Origin: Phaeosaccion multiseriatum
Lineage: Eukaryota > Protista > Ochrophyta, other classes
NCBI GenBank assembly: GCA_965112735.1
Contig: OZ218964.1
Coordinates: 372,001-436,000 of the forward strand
Direction: 5' to 3'
DNA: 64,000 nt
The notes below the pieces were generated by a model that was not told the origin of the DNA, made no database searches, and worked only from the letters and a program-made list of their open reading frames with translations. Positions 32,063-46,290 of this stretch are shown here, in pieces. Within the stretch, counting starts at the first letter, position 1, and the number at the start of each line of letters is the position of its first letter. Made by a program: the position numbers and the translations under genes.

Positions 32063-32740
32063 GGAACCGTACCACCAACCGGTGCACATCACCGACGATT
32101 GGGCCATCACCATAGAGCGAGCTCTGCAGGCACATCTGCAGGCACATCTGCAGGCACATGGGCAGGAAGCGTAGAAGGCGTGCAGACCTCCCCTGCAGAT
32201 GGGGAGGGGAGGGGAGGGGAGGGCAGTGCGGCCAATGCATTAGACACTAGACGGACCTTGCTTCTTGCCGCGCTGCTTTACTCTCATCTGCTGCTTTACT
32301 CTCATCTGTTGCTTTACTCCCATCTGCTCTGAGCTGCTTTACTCTTATCTGCTCTGAGCTGGAGCGGAGGGGAGCGGAGTGGACTGGACTGGACTGGATT
32401 GGAGTGGAGTGGAGTGGGGTGGAGTGGAGTGGAGTGGGGTAGGGTGGGGTGGGGTAGGGTGGGGTGGAGTCCGGGAGATACATGATCATGATCGCGCTTC
32501 ATCTCCCCCTTCCCCCTCCCCGCCCCCCTCCCCCTCGCACTTGGCCTCGGGGGGAGGCAGAGCAGTGCGGTGGAGTGGAATGGTCGAATGCTCGTTTCAT
32601 CGTCCTCCATCGAGGGCGGGGCAACAACATATACATACAAACGTCTTTTAACATGTAGACTAGATCTTCGAAGCAGAAAACAACGTCGAAGCGCACCACC
32701 CACCACAAGACTTTGTCGTAAATGCATACTTGCAGCATAC

Positions 32741-32775
<35 letters not shown>

Positions 32776-32856
32776 ACCTACCCATAGACACGAGGCGGGC
32801 AAATGCATGTGCATGTCTCCCTGTGGTCCTACCCCCCTGGGCCTACCCCTCTGGGC

Positions 32857-35800
32857 CTACCCCCCTGGGCCCAGCAAAGTGGAGGTGTGCAGGGGGACGC
32901 CCCTCCCCCTCCCCCTCCCCCTCCCCTGGCGCCTTCCCGTCCTCCCCCCTCCCCCCCCCCTCGCGCGCCTTGCCGGAGCAGAAGCAGCGACGGTAGTTGG
33001 TGATGGTGAGACAGCTGCGGCCGGGGCAGTTGGTGATACATCATCCCCATTCTCAGAGCCGTCGAACATGCTCCAGGCATCGACGGGGCGCAGCGGCAAG
33101 GTCGCATGTGCGGGCGCGTGCAAGCCCCCCCTCCCCTCTTGGAGTCCCCCCTGTTGGAGGTTCCCCTGTTGGAGATACATGTAGTCGCCAGCACCGGAGC
33201 GCTCCGATTGAGCAGAGGCGGGTGGAGCCCCGACAGAGGCGGCGGCGGGAGAGTGATGCGGATGCAGTACCCCCCTCCCTCCCCTCCCTCCCCTCCCTCC
33301 CCCGTCGCTCCGGACAGTGAGGGCGGGCGAATGGGGCCCGTCGGAAGAAGGGCGGCTGCAGCTGATGCTCGCCCTTGCCTCGGCCCCTCCAGAGCCTCCG
33401 GAGCCGGCTGCTGCTGTATCACCAACTGCTGCTGCTGCTACTGCTGCTGCTGCTGCTCTATCACCAACTTGTCGCCCTCTTCGTGCGGCCACATGGGCTC
33501 CCTGATGAAAAGTGGACGTGAAAGGATGAAAGGGGGAGAACGGAGCATGTCAGTGAAAGCAAGAGAGGGATAAGGGGATTGTGGAGGAGCGCTGCCCCCC
33601 CCCGTCCCTTTCCCTCTCTCCCAGTTCCGCTCTCCCAGTTCCGCTCTCCTCACACACACACAGACATACACACACACACCCACACGCACACATGCGCACG
33701 CACGCACGCACGCACGCACGCACTCACCTGCTTGTCCCTCTGTGGGCGCAGCGAGGTGAGACGAGCATTCCTCGCGAAGGCCTGATAGCGACGCGAAGGG
33801 TCCAAAGCCTTCTGCCGAGACTCCGCCTGGTGCTCGAACTTGCGCAGACGGGCCCTGCGCCGCATCATCGCCTCCACAACCGTGGGGGAGCGGAAACCCC
33901 ACTCGCTCATCAGGGCCTGCTCTTGTTGCTGCTGCTCGCCAAGAAAGGAGACGGGGGTGATGGAGGGGGGGTGAGACAGTGACTCGCAGCCGGGCCGACG
34001 GAATGGCCGACGGAATGCCCGACGGAATGGCACCTCAGGAGCAGTGTGAACCCCCAAGAGAGCGCCCCTTCGATAGCTTAGGCGCACGGGTCTCCCTCCT
34101 TCCCTCCTTCCCTCCCTCCCTCCCTCCCTCCCTCCCTCACCTTCTTGGTGGACCTCCCTCCCCCGCTGGCCATGGACACACTCGAGCGCGCTGTTGGGGG
34201 CTCCTCCTCATGCGGCGGCTGCTTCTGTATCACCAACTGCTGAGGCTGCTGCTGCTGCTCCTGTACTACCAATTGCCCAAGCGCTGGCGGGCGGTGCGGC
34301 ACTGCCTGAGAGCTGAGATTGCTGTCGCTGCTACTGTCGCCTCCCTCCGCCGCTCCTGCCGCTGTATCACCAACTGCTGTGGCGGCGGCACTCTTCCTCC
34401 TTTGGCTCATGCTTTCCACTCCTCGAAAGCCCACAGCAGCCGCAGCAGCCGCAACAGCCTCAGCAACAGTGATAGCATGCTGGGAACGACCCCCTCTCCC
34501 CTCCTCCTCTTCCTCCTTCCCACTGGCGTGTCCTCCTCCCTCGCCTCCCCACCCCGCCCTCCGACCTCCCTCTGCCTCCTCCCAAGCAGCAGGGGCAAGG
34601 GCTGGCCTCTCCCCTAACGCCTTGTCCTCCCAACCGTCCTGCAGCTGCGGTGGCTCCTCCAGCCCGAGCAGGGAAGCTTCGTCCCAGGGGGGTAGTCCTC
34701 TTGCCGTCGTCGGATGGCCCTGCAGCAGCATGAGCTCGAGCTCCTCGTCCACAAGCTTGGCGGAGTCCAAAGCAGACTGAGGGAGGGGGGAGGGGGGAGG
34801 GGAGGAGAGGGAGGCATGAGAGTTAGTACCTCTCTCTACCTACTCATCCATCTCATCCATCTCGCATCGTCTCCTTCTCTCCTTCCCTCTCTCCCTCCCT
34901 CTTTCCCTCCTTCCCTCCCTCTCTCCCTCCCTCCCTCCCTCCCTCCCTCCCTCCCTCCCTCCCTCCATCCCTCCCTCCATACCTCCCTCCCTCCCTCCCT
35001 CCCTCCCTCCCTCCCTCCCTCCCTCCCTCCCTCCCTCCCTCCCTCCCTCCCTCCCTGCCTGCCTCCCTCCCTCCCTCCCTCTCTCACTCCCTCACTCTCT
35101 CCCTCCCTCCCTCCTTCCCTCCCTCCCTCCCTCCCTCCCTCCCTCCCTCCCTCCCTCCCTCCCTCCCTCCCGCTTTCTATCCCTCCATCCCTCCCTCCCT
35201 CCCTCCCTCCCTCCCTCCCTCCCTCCCTCCCTCCCTCCCTCCCTCCCTCCCTCCCTCCCTCCCTCCCTCCGTACTCCCTCTCCTACCGCCCCCCCGACCC
35301 CGCCTCTCACCTGCACCCTCCTTCGTGTGTGGAAGCCTCTGAAGCAGCTCTGCACCCTCGTCGCCGCGTCCCACTCTTCCCTGCCCCTCTTCCCCGCCTT
35401 GGAGACCGAGCTCCACACGAGGCCAGCAGTGGGGTGCGTGTGTCGAACAACGTGACCGCGGAAACACTTTTGCAGCACCACGGCGGCTCTGCGGCGACGG
35501 AACACACGCACGCCCACACGCTTCATCGAAACGCCACGCCCACCTCCTCCTCCTCCTCCTCCACCACCACCTCTTGCTGCTGCTGCGGCTGCTGCTGCTG
35601 CTGCTGCTGCAACTCCTCCACCCTCGGTTCCCCTTGACACCAGCGAGTAGAACCGCCCGCCAACCCCGTCCTGGTCCTGACACCCCGTAGCCTCCGTCGC
35701 ACAGCAGTGGGGCTCCAGGGCCTGCTGCAGCAGCCCCAGCCTTTCCTCCGCTTGTCGCTGCGTCAGGCTCCCGAGCTTCTCTACTTGAGTGGCCGCAATG

Positions 35801-38800
35801 GACTGCTGCTGCTCCTGCCTCGGGGTGGTGGAGGAGGAGGGGGAGGAGAAGGAAGCTTCCAGGCAACGAGTCTCCCTGCGGTGTTGAGCCTGCAGGAGCT
35901 TCGTCTTGGCTCGGAAGCCCTCGCAAGCGGCCTCGAAGGCACACGGGCTGTGCTGTAAGGAGATCTTCCTCCGTCCATCCTTTCCTCGCTCCTGCCCGGC
36001 CCTGCTCTCCCCTCCTCCTGCCCTTCCTGCCCACCCCGACGCGCCCACCCGAAGGGTCTCCTCCTCCACCCACGCCCACCTCACCGCCGCCGCCCACGGA
36101 AAGGCGAAGGGCGGAGGTGTGCCCAGACAGCGGGTGCGGCACTTTTCACACTCGCCTCGCCAGCAGGGGAGCTCCAGCCCAGCGCTCCGCGCAGTCAGAC
36201 CCCTCCTCCTGCTCGCACTGCTTGGGTCAAGGGCATCCTCCTCCTCCTGTCCGGCGGCGGGCGCGGAAGAAGAGTTCCCCCCGTCCCCGCCCCTCTCTTC
36301 TCTCCCTTCCTCCGCCCCATCCCCGCCTGTAACGCCAACAGCGGTTCCGCCCCCTCCTCCCTCCTCCTCCTCCTCCTCCTCCTCCTCCTCCTCCTCCTCC
36401 TCCTCCTCCTCCTCCTCCTCCTCCTCCTCCTCCTCCTCCTCCTCCTCCTCCTCCTCCTCCTCCTCCTCCTCCTCCTCCTCCTCCTCCTCCTCCTCCTCCT
36501 CCTCCTCCTCCTCCTCCTCCTCCTCCTCCTTCTCCACCACCACCTCCTTGAGCCGCACTGACCCCCCACACTGGGGGCACCGCACAAGTCGAGGCGAACT
36601 AAAGGGCACCGCCCCCCCGCACCCCACGCCCCCCTCGGGCCTGAGATCTAGGCCCCGCTGCCCCAGGGCCCTGAGCAGGGGCACATTCACGTGTGCGTGA
36701 CGCCCCCACGTCCTCCTCTTGGCCTCCCAGTGCTCCTGTGCCGACACCTCCGCCTCGTCTAATAGCCGCAGCCGGGGAAGGCCCTGCAGCAGCCACATGA
36801 GGAGGGTTTCCGGCTCGAGGCGTTCCTCTGCCCCTTCCCCCCCAGAGCTATGGGGTGAGGCGCTACTGCTCCCCCTCCCGTCTCCTCTCTCCTCCCTCCC
36901 TCCCCCCCTTGCTTCGCCCAGCCCATCCTGCTGCACTCCTCCTCCTCCTTCTGCTGCTACTGTATCACCAACTGCTACTGCTGTTTCGGTTGGTGTTCTG
37001 AGTGGCGGTGCGGGGCCGCCGTCAGCGGAGGAAGGAGGAGCGAGGGTCACCGGGTTGTCGTGTATACGTAGCTCCTCCAGCCCCCCTCCCGCCCCCCTCT
37101 CGCAGCGCACCGAACGCAAGTCCTCCCTCCTCTTCAGACGATTGAAGGACACGTCGAGGCGGCGCAGCAGCGGCAGGCCCCACAAGGCCGTGCCTCTATG
37201 GCCAAGGCTGTCCAGAGCATTGTCCTGCAAGTGCAGCACTTCCAAGGATGGCAGCCAAAGGGGCACCTCCTTCCCTCCCCCCCCCTCCCCCTCCCCCCGC
37301 TCCTCTTCCCAGGCGTCTAGACACTCAATCTGATTGCCGCTGAGCCAGAGCTCGGCAAGCAGCGGCAGGCGCAGCGGCGCAGGGGGCGCGTTGAGGCGAT
37401 TCTGACTGAGCACGAGCTTCACGAGGGCGGGGCACTCACTCAGTGCCCTGCCGGACACGCTGGTCAGGTGGTTGCGGCCCAGGTCGAGGTGGGTGAGAAA
37501 AGGAAGGCCGCGGAGGGAGGTGGGTCCAATCGTCGCCAGCCTGTTGTGGTAGAGCTCCAACCTCTGTAGCGCGCAGCCTCCTCTCCGGTGCCCCCCCTGG
37601 CCGGCGCCCTTGACGCCTCCCCTCCCCCCGCCGTCCTCCTCCTCCTCCTCCTTGCCACCGCCACCCAGTGCAATCCCCAATGCTTCACTCCCCTCCGGCA
37701 GCTTGACGAGACGATTGGTCCTTGCCGAGAGCTCTGTGAGGGCCGGTAGGCGGCACAGCCCCTGGAGGGACGTCAGGCGGTTCACATCCAGCTGCAGCGT
37801 TGTGAGCTTGGCCAGCCCAGACAGTGCATCCACTCTGGTCAGCACATTGTCCCTCAGGCTCAGCGCCTCCAGCCCGGTGCAGGAGCGCAGAGAGTCGGCG
37901 GAGGTTAGCGAGTTGACGTTGAGAGACAGCACTTTGAGCAGCGGGGCGCTTTGGAGGAGCTTCACCTCGCTCAGAGCTTCCACGCACAGCTCAAGCTTGA
38001 CGAGACGGGACAGTGGCCCGAGGTGTGCAATCATTTCCGGCGTCAGCCTGCCGCCGTTACCATCACCACCACTAGCGCTTCCACTGCCACCGCCACCGCT
38101 GCTTGCTGCTTCGGGGGACGGCGGGCGTTGCTGCGGCAGCGACGAGGGAGGGGGCGGCGAGGAGGAGGACAAGTCGAAGACCGCCGAAGGATGGCACCTC
38201 GCACCGCCGCACACCCCGCCACCGCGGTCGGCCAGAAGCCCCGCCATGAGGCGTCTGGCGCGGTGTTGGTAGGCCGAGAGGGCGTCTCCATGAGAGAGGA
38301 TGCGCTCGTTGCACGAATCAGGCTTCGAACAGACCAAGGCTTCCCTGGCGAGCTGCTGCTGTAACCCCAACTGCTCTTGCTGCGGTTGCTGCAGCTGCTC
38401 CTCCTCGCCGCCGCTCAGGGGCACGAGGAGGGCAGCCGCGGCGGTCCTCTGCTCTGCACTGATGAGCATCTGCACGCACGTCCTCCTCCTCTCCTCCGCC
38501 TCCCTCCGCTCTCGCTGCTTCCTCCACAGCGCGTTGCATGTATGCATGAGCCTCTCCTCCCTTCGCATCAAGCCTCGCCGGTGCCGCTCTCCCTGCCGCT
38601 CCGCCCTCTCCTTCTGCCTTCGACGGTCGCTGGCCCGGTCTTCTGCCTGCATCCGTATCCTCTCCCTCTGCTCTCGAGCGAGGCGCTCCTCCACCGCCGC
38701 TGCTCGCCTCTCCTCTCGTGCCATCTCCGCCCTCTCTCCTGCCTGCTCCCTTTCGAGCCTCTCCTCTCGCAGTACCGTCCTTGTCCACATCTCTTCACTC

Positions 38801-40822
38801 CTCATGCCCGCCACCTCCCTCACCACTCTCTCCCGCTCCTCTCGAGCAGCAGCGAGTGCCCGCACCAGGAGCCGGCTCTCTTCTTCCGCTAAGAAAGCTC
38901 TGCTCCGTGCCTCCTCCCGCCCCATTCTCTGCCTCTCCTGCCCCTCCCTGTCCCTGTCCCTCAGCAGAGTTCGATACTGCTGCCTTGGTATGGCCATCCT
39001 TCGTCGGTCTTTCCAGCCCCTGCTCATTGCTTGCAGCTTGAGAACAGCCAACGCCTTGGCTGCCCGCAGCCTTCTCTGCAACAGGCGCTGCTCTTTGCTG
39101 CCGAGCTTCTCATCTCCTCCCCTCGCTCCTCCTCCTCCCTCTCCCCCTCCCACCCCCCTGTCCCCCGTGGGGCTCCTGTTCCGCTCCGGCCCTGCCTCCT
39201 TCGCCGCCCCTTTCCCACTCGCGTCTTTGTGCGCCTCCTTCAGACTGTTGAGACTGCTCCTCCCACTCCTACCCAAGAGAGAAGCTTCTCCTAGCAAAGG
39301 ACGTGCTTCTCCTTGCCTATTTTGTGTACTCGGTCCTGCCTCGTCAGGAGCCCCCCCTCCTCCCCGCGGCTCTGTGAAGTGCTGCTGCCCCCTCTCCAGC
39401 ATGGCCATCTCCAGGAGGAGAGCAGTTTCTCGGTGCTGCAGCAGCTTCCGATCCGCCTCAAACGATCGTGCCAAGTGGTCAACTGCCGATGCTGATGTCG
39501 TCGTCTTCGCCGATTCCTCTGAGTCAGTTGTGCGGGACTCCGTCGCACCGCTCGTATCCTCCTCTTCGGCCCACTCACCTCCTCCTCTACCTTCGCTGCC
39601 TCCCCCCTGGGTTGCAGCCTCCCGCCGCCCCTGTGTGGGGGAAGGTAGGAGCGACGGTACCGCCTCCCTTGGTGCTCCGTCTTCCCCCCTGCCACTGGGT
39701 GCGACACCTCCGTGCGGCTCGCTGCCATCGGAGTCATCGATGTGCGGCATTTCTTCATCTGCACCATCCTGCCCCTCCTCCTCCTCCTGTTCTACCTGTA
39801 CCTCCTCATCCTTCTTCCCCACATCATCCTCCATATCCTTCTTCTCTTTCTTCTTCTCCTTCTTCTCTTGCTCTTTCTTGTTCTCTTGCTCTGCCCGTGA
39901 GGCGCTGTCCCGAATGACGATTGCCTCCACCGTTCCGATCCTATAGTCACTGCCTAGCACATCCTCCTCCACCACAGCCCCGCCCTCCATAGCCATTCTC
40001 CCCGCGAGTTCCACCGCTTCTTCTTGCGGTCGTCTCGCGTGGTACAGGGGTGGCAGGGAGCGGGCAGTGGCGCTTACACTATCGTCTACCTCTGCGGCAG
40101 CCAGCTCCAGCCTGCTGCCAACCTCCTCGCTGGACGCCAGAAATGCTGCCCACCTCTCCCTGCGCGTGGCTGCTGCACCTCGAGCCTCACCACCACCTGC
40201 ATCATCAGTCGTAACCCCTTCGCTGCCCTGCGGCTGCTGCAGGCTCTCCCCGAGGTCGGTGAGGAACGTGTCCTGCTCCCCATCCCCCTCTCCCTCCACC
40301 TCCTCCTCTTCCTCCAGAGCGGCGAGGTCTTGCTGCAGGATGAGTTCCTACGCGTTGTGTACGCAAAACGCAAGACGAGCGGGCGGGAGGAGGGGGATAG
40401 CATAAGCTCGTCGCACGGCAGAGATGGGACAGGACTGAGGCCCTTGGCCTCCTTCACCATCTTTTCATCTTCCTTACTCCCACTCTGATACTACCCAAGC
40501 GCTAAATATGGGCATTACTCACCAAATCTACGTCAATATCGTCAGAGGAGGGTCCGCCAGGAAGTCCAAGGAGCCCACTAGAGTAGTCTGTGTTATCTTC
40601 GTATTCTTCGTCTTCCCACTTGCGAGGAGGGGGGAGGAGGGGCCAAGGAATAGACAGGCTATCAAGCTCTTTGATGGTGGCGGGATCAGCCGAGGAAGTA
40701 GCGACCTTGGCCACCTCTGTCCCACATCCAGCAGGAGGCGCTCGGCTGACCTCCATGGACCCTCCCACTCTTTTTGTCTGCAGGCCGAGGGCTTCTGACT
40801 GCAAGTCGCTGGGAAAGGCCAT
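32857..40822 (-). CDS. Leucine-rich repeat and IQ motif protein (LRRIQ1-like); exons about 40822-40523, 40347-35312, 34776-34141, 33918-33729, 33501-32857
   Basis: SDS22-like LRRs (LxxLxLxxNxL); IQ motifs LQAMSRGW, LQKCFRGH and VQSCFRGF; C-terminal SEWGFRSPTVVEAMMRR resembles the LRRIQ1 EEWGF motif. Confidence 0.8.
34870..35270. repeat. (CCCT)n microsatellite in an LRRIQ1-like intron
   Basis: Directly visible. Confidence 0.95.
36361..36528 (-). repeat. Pure (GAG)56 coding repeat, poly-Glu
   Basis: 168 bp of ctc on the + strand, in frame with ORF 35092..40299. Confidence 0.9.
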
Positions 40823-41219
40823 GGCTGAGTGCTACCTCCTTCTGCTGCCTCCAGCAGCATCTTCTATTATCTTTCCTTATGCCGTTCGACTCGATCACGG
40901 TCACCTCACCGTTACGATGCCAGCCTGTGAGTTTGGATGTAGACTCTTCAAAGGACGATGAGCCCACTTGGGGACAAAAGTGCCCCCTTCTACCGCTTCA
41001 CCCTTCTCCTTGTCCCATGAGCGGAGTTAGATGGAGAGAAATGGGAATGGACTAAGGCAAGCACCATGAGGAAGCGGTGAGATTTTCTGGAAGTCACTGG
41101 GTGTGTAGATTTGGGGGGGTTTGAAGATCGTTTGAAATCTGCGCGCCTGAAGAGAAGAAAGAAGGAGGAGGAGGAAGAGGAGGAGGGGAAGGAGGAGGAG
41201 GACGAGGACGAGGAGAAGT

Positions 41220-41478
41220 ATGAGCAGCAGCAGTGGGTACACGCCAATGCAGGAGCTGATACCCGTAGTGAACAAGCTGCAAGATGTCTTTAGCGCGATT
41301 GGCCAGAGTCCCATCGACCTTCCGCAGATCGTCGTGGTTGGAAGCCAAAGCAGCGGAAAGAGCTCCGTGCTGGAGAATATTGTGGGGAGGGACTTTTTGC
41401 CTCGGGGGACAGGCATTGTGACGCGGCGGCCCTTGGTGCTCCAGCTCTACAACAACGGACCGGCCAAGGGTGGCGCCA

Positions 41479-41509
<31 letters not shown>

Positions 41510-42670
41510 GGACCAGCACAACGGCTACAGTAATAGTAACGGAAGCTCCACACCCACCCATCACGGCCCATCCTCCCCGTCGCACCACAACGGTCCGTCC
41601 TCCCCATCGCACCACAACCGGCAGCCCCCTCCGCCGCCCGCCAAGGTGCCCAAGGAGTGGGGGGAGTTCCTGCACATCCCGGGGCAGAGGTTCTACAACT
41701 TCACCGAGATCAGGTGGGTATTGTGATGCATGTGTAGTTATGGTGAGCGGCACGCTTGTCTCGCCGGTGGTGGTGTGGGGGTGGCAGGTCGGTCAGGGGC
41801 TTGGAGGGCGTGTTGTGGCGTGGGTGTGACACGCTGGAGGATGTACACTCCATCGTCTTGAGAGGAAGAGTGGCAGCCCTCTTCCTTGTTTCATACGGAA
41901 AAGAAAGGAGGGGGGGGGGGGGAGTGAGGACGTACGGCCATCTCGTGGAGGGACTTGGGCGTGTCCTTACTGGTGCCCTGTCTTCTTTTCACACATGGCA
42001 CTGGCACTGACTGTCACCTCCGCACTGCAGAGACGAGATTGTGCGCGAGACGGACAAGGTGTCCGGCCCCAACAAGGGCATCTCCAGCCAGACCATCAAC
42101 TTGCGCATCCACTCGCCCCATGTGCTCAACCTCACTCTGGTGGACCTGCCGGGCATCACCAAGGTGCGAGGAGGGGCAGAGGGAGGGACGTATGGGCCTC
42201 TCTGAGGGGGCTGCGTGTTGCATCAGAGTCTTCTCATGCTTACAAGGCTCCTCTTTTCAATGATGTGGTTGTTACTGGGAGCGAGAGGACAGGGAAATCT
42301 GAAAGCTGAAAGCAAGGAGGGACATGTGAGCAAGCTGGGATCGCTCAAGCTCACTACCGCCCTGTCTTCTGTCCTCCCGCCCTCTCTGTTTGTCTCCACG
42401 TCGCCTTTGTTGTGTTGTGTTGTGTTGTGCTGGCCTCCTTCCTCACACACCCAGGTGGCTCTCGGCGACCAGCCCGCCGACATCGAGGAGCAGATCCGCA
42501 GCATGTGCATGACGTACATCAGCAACCCCAACGCCATCATCCTCGCCATCACGGCCGCCAACACCGACCTGGCCAACAGCGACTCTCTGCAGATGGCCCG
42601 GCAAGTCGACCCCCAGGGGGACCGGACCGTCGGAGTGCTCACCAAGCTGGACCTCATGGACCCAGGTGTG

Positions 42671-42739
<69 letters not shown>

Positions 42740-45700
42740 CGTGTGTGTGCCCCTGTGTGCCCCTGTGTGCCCCTGTGTGCCCCTGTGTGCCTCTGTGTGC
42801 CTCGCCACGCCCTTACTACCTACTACTGCTGCTTTACTCTTACCTTGGTCCCTCGCTCCCTGTCTCCGCGTTGACACACAACACAGGAACGGATGCCAGT
42901 GACATGCTGCACAACAGGGTGATTCCCCTCAAGAGGGGCTTTGTGGGGGTGGTGAACAGGGGGCAGAGAGACATTGAGCAGAACGTTACCATCCGTAACG
43001 CCTTGAGCAACGAGATGGCGTTCTTCAGAGACCACCCCGGCTATAGGGCCTTGCAGAGCAGGCTGGGGACGGCCACATTGGTGAGAAGATAGGGGTCAGG
43101 CGGGAGGGGAAATCGGGGGGGGCGGGCAAGAGGATGGAGGGAGACAGACAGACAAGAGAGAGAGAGGAAGAGGGAGAGAGGCACAGGCAGAAGGCGGCCA
43201 TCCCTCCAAGCCCAAGATACGTGTCCGAGTGAAGCTGCTCCTGCCGTCACCGCCAAATGCTTGTATCACCACTCTGCCAATGCGAGATGTCCCCTCTGCT
43301 CGCCATCATCTCGCTCTCGCCTCCTCACTTCCCTGTCAACGCGCCTTACGCGCAGCACGCCCGCTAAACCCACCCCCCCCTTCCCCACTCCTCCCCATCA
43401 GTCCAAGACGCTGAACCAGATCCTGATGCACCACATCCGCGACTGCCTGCCCGAGATCAAGGCCAAGCTCAACGCCATGATGCAGAGCGTGCAGCAGGAG
43501 CTAAGCGAGCTCGGCACCCCGGCCTGCGACTCCTCTGCCGCCGCCCTGGGGCCCATGATGCTCAACATGCTCAGCAAGTTTGCCACCAACTTTGCTGCTG
43601 CCCTGGACGGGAGGGGCTCGTGCCCGGACGGGGTGGAGATGAACGAATTGTACGGAGGCGCCAGGATAAGGTACGAGTACGATTACGAGTACGATTGCGA
43701 TCGATGGGAAGTGTGGTAAAGGGGTAGTCCAAAGTGAGCAGGCCCCGGTGGGCACTCATCGAGCCCCATTCTTCTCTCTCGCGTGCCCCCCCCTCGGCCC
43801 TTCCCCCTTCCTCTCCCTCTCCCCGCCTCGCCCCCTGCCCCCTCTCACTCTCCCTCTCCTCGCAGTTACATATTCCACGAGATCTTTTCTCGCAGCCTGG
43901 ACGGCATCAACCCCTTCGACGGGCTCACTGACCAGGACATCCGCACAGCCATCTACAACGCCAACGGGACGCGCCCGTCGCTCTTCGTGCCTGAGCTCAG
44001 CTTCGATTTGCTCGTGCGCAAGCAGATTGCAAGGATAGAGCAGCCTGGCTTGCAGGTGAGGGAGTGTGTGTGGCTTGGACAGTCAGGGCTGCGCTGCAAC
44101 AATAGAGTTGTGGACTGTACTCAAGCAACAGTTGGTGGGGTTGATGTGGTCTGGTGTCTCGCTGGGAGCAAGTCACTATGCCGCCTGTCCCCGCTCCGCG
44201 ATGCTTGCTTCCTCCTCAACCACCACCATACCCCCTCTCGCCCCTCCTGTCTGCTTGTCCCCTCCCCTCCCCCACCCCAACTCTATGGTGTTTAGTGCGC
44301 GGACCTGGTGTTCGACGAGATGCAGCGCATTGGGGCGCAGTGCGAGAGCACCGAGCTGAGCCGTTTCCCCGGTCTCAAGGAGCGGGTGGTGGAGGTGGTA
44401 ATGGGCCTGCTGCGCAAGTGCCTGGAGCCCACACAGGTCATGATCACCAACCTCATCAAATTGGAACTCGCCTACATCAACACCAGCCACCCGGACTTCA
44501 TCGGTGGCTCCAGGGCCGTGGCCAAGCTCATGGAGAACAAGGCGCAGAGCGGCGGGGCGGCAGCGGCACCCCAGGTAAGGAGGGGAGGAGGGAGGGGGGG
44601 GGGGGGCTGCCTGCCTGCCTGTCCTGGGGCGGCTTTATGTTGCATGTATTCTCGAGAGGCTTCGGGTGGCACACGCGCTCTCTGGCCTGACCGCTCGGTC
44701 TGGACTCCCTTGTTCTTCTCCTGCCTTCTTTCTTTCTTTCTTTCTCTCTCTCTATGTGTGTGTGTGCGCGCGTGCGTGTGTGTCTGTTGCTCTCCGTGTG
44801 CCCCCTGCCTGCCTGCAGGGCATGTCGGTGGGAGGGCGGTCGCAGCCCACAACTCCCAAGACAAAGTCCGGCCACGGGGCGGCAGCAGCAGCGGCAGGGG
44901 CGATAGGCGCGGTAGCAGGGGTAGGTGGGGACACCCTCTCGCCGCAGGCCCGCCCACAGCCGCAGCAGCAGGGCAAGGGGCTCATGAGCTACATCTTCGG
45001 GGGAGGCGCCGAGGGCCTGAGCAGGGGGGGCGACAGCCCACAAGTCAAGCTGCCACAGGTAGGTGCGGGGTGTTCGGTGCAGAGTTGTTTTGGTGATGCG
45101 TGCACATTTGCGCTTCATCACGGCTCTGAGGGTGGAGGGGCATGGGAGGGGCATGGAGGGGCATGGAAGGGTATGGCTTGCGTGTCGGCGTGTCGTCCTC
45201 TCCCCGTCCGAGCAGGGACGGAACGACGACTTGAGTTTTGGTGCACGAGCCACGATGTACCCTTTCGTCTTCCCCCTTACCCGCAGCCCGTGCCCCACTG
45301 GCTCACTGGCGCTGTATCACCACCCGTTGTACTTGTGCAGGTGCCCGAGACAATGCGGCAGTCCACAGAGCCCACGGACCGAGAGCGCATCGAGACGGAG
45401 ATCATCAAGAGCCTGATGGAGAGCTACTTCGACATCGTCAGGAAGAACTTCCAGGACATGGTGCCCAAGACAGTCATGCACTTTCTTGTCAACGAGACAA
45501 CATCGGCCCTGCAGGTGAGGAGCGAGGGGTAGGGGGCAACGGGGCAGGGGGTTGGGGTCGAGGTGGTGTGCTGCTTTGGCTTTTTCGGTCGGTGTAGCGA
45601 GCGGGGGGCGGGGGCGGGGTGCTGAGGAGCGTGTTTTTTCTCTCTCTTTTTCGCTCCTCAGTGCACCCGCTGCAGCTCGTTTAGGGGCTTTTTCTGTTGT

Positions 45701-45982
45701 TCCGTTTGAAGTGTCGCTTGCTCGCCCCTGACGCCAAGACTTGGAACGCTTCCTCATGCTACCACTTCTCTCTGCTTCCTCGTACTCCTACTCCCCCTTC
45801 TCTCTTCTCTCCAGAACGAGCTCGTATCAACTCTGTATAAGGAGCACATGATCCCGGAGCTCATGCGCGAGACGGAGGACATTGAAGAGAGGAGGCGCAT
45901 CGCCCGAGAGATGTTCGCACTCCTGCAGAGGGCCGTCGAGATTCTCAACGAGGTCAGGGACTTCAACTGCAGATCCGCCTGA
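41220..45982 (+). CDS. Dynamin-related GTPase (DRP1/Dnm1/DRP3 type), multi-exon
   Basis: [61 protein letters not shown]; GED domain [31 protein letters not shown]; no PH domain. Confidence 0.95.
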
Positions 45983-46206
45983 TGGGTGCGTGGGTGTGGG
46001 TGACGAGGCCAGATTCGCCCCCCGTGCAGGCACGTGTTTGCCTCCACCCACTTGTGAATACACCAATTACTTTGGTCCTTTGGGAGTCAGGGCAAACGCA
46101 ATTTAGAACCTTCACCAGTTAGAAGAAGGTGCTGCTGTGTCCTGGCCGGGGCTGGCTGCGGAACATAACATATTTCCCCCTGAGCTACAGTACTACGATG
46201 AAATCT

Positions 46207-46290
46207 TCGACCCCTGACACGCTATCGCCCACTTTCTCGATAGCGCGCTATCGGTCCCCGGGGGGCCCGATAGCGATAGCGCGCTGGCTC
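46207..46290 (+). mobile_element. MITE family A, partial copy (one end)
   Basis: Starts tcgacccctgacacgctatcgcccac, like the copy at 57932; GATAGC hairpin repeats. Confidence 0.75.

Noticed and set aside
45968-45982. C-terminal CRSA as a CaaX prenylation signal on the dynamin
   Set aside because: The middle residues are not aliphatic; weak match.
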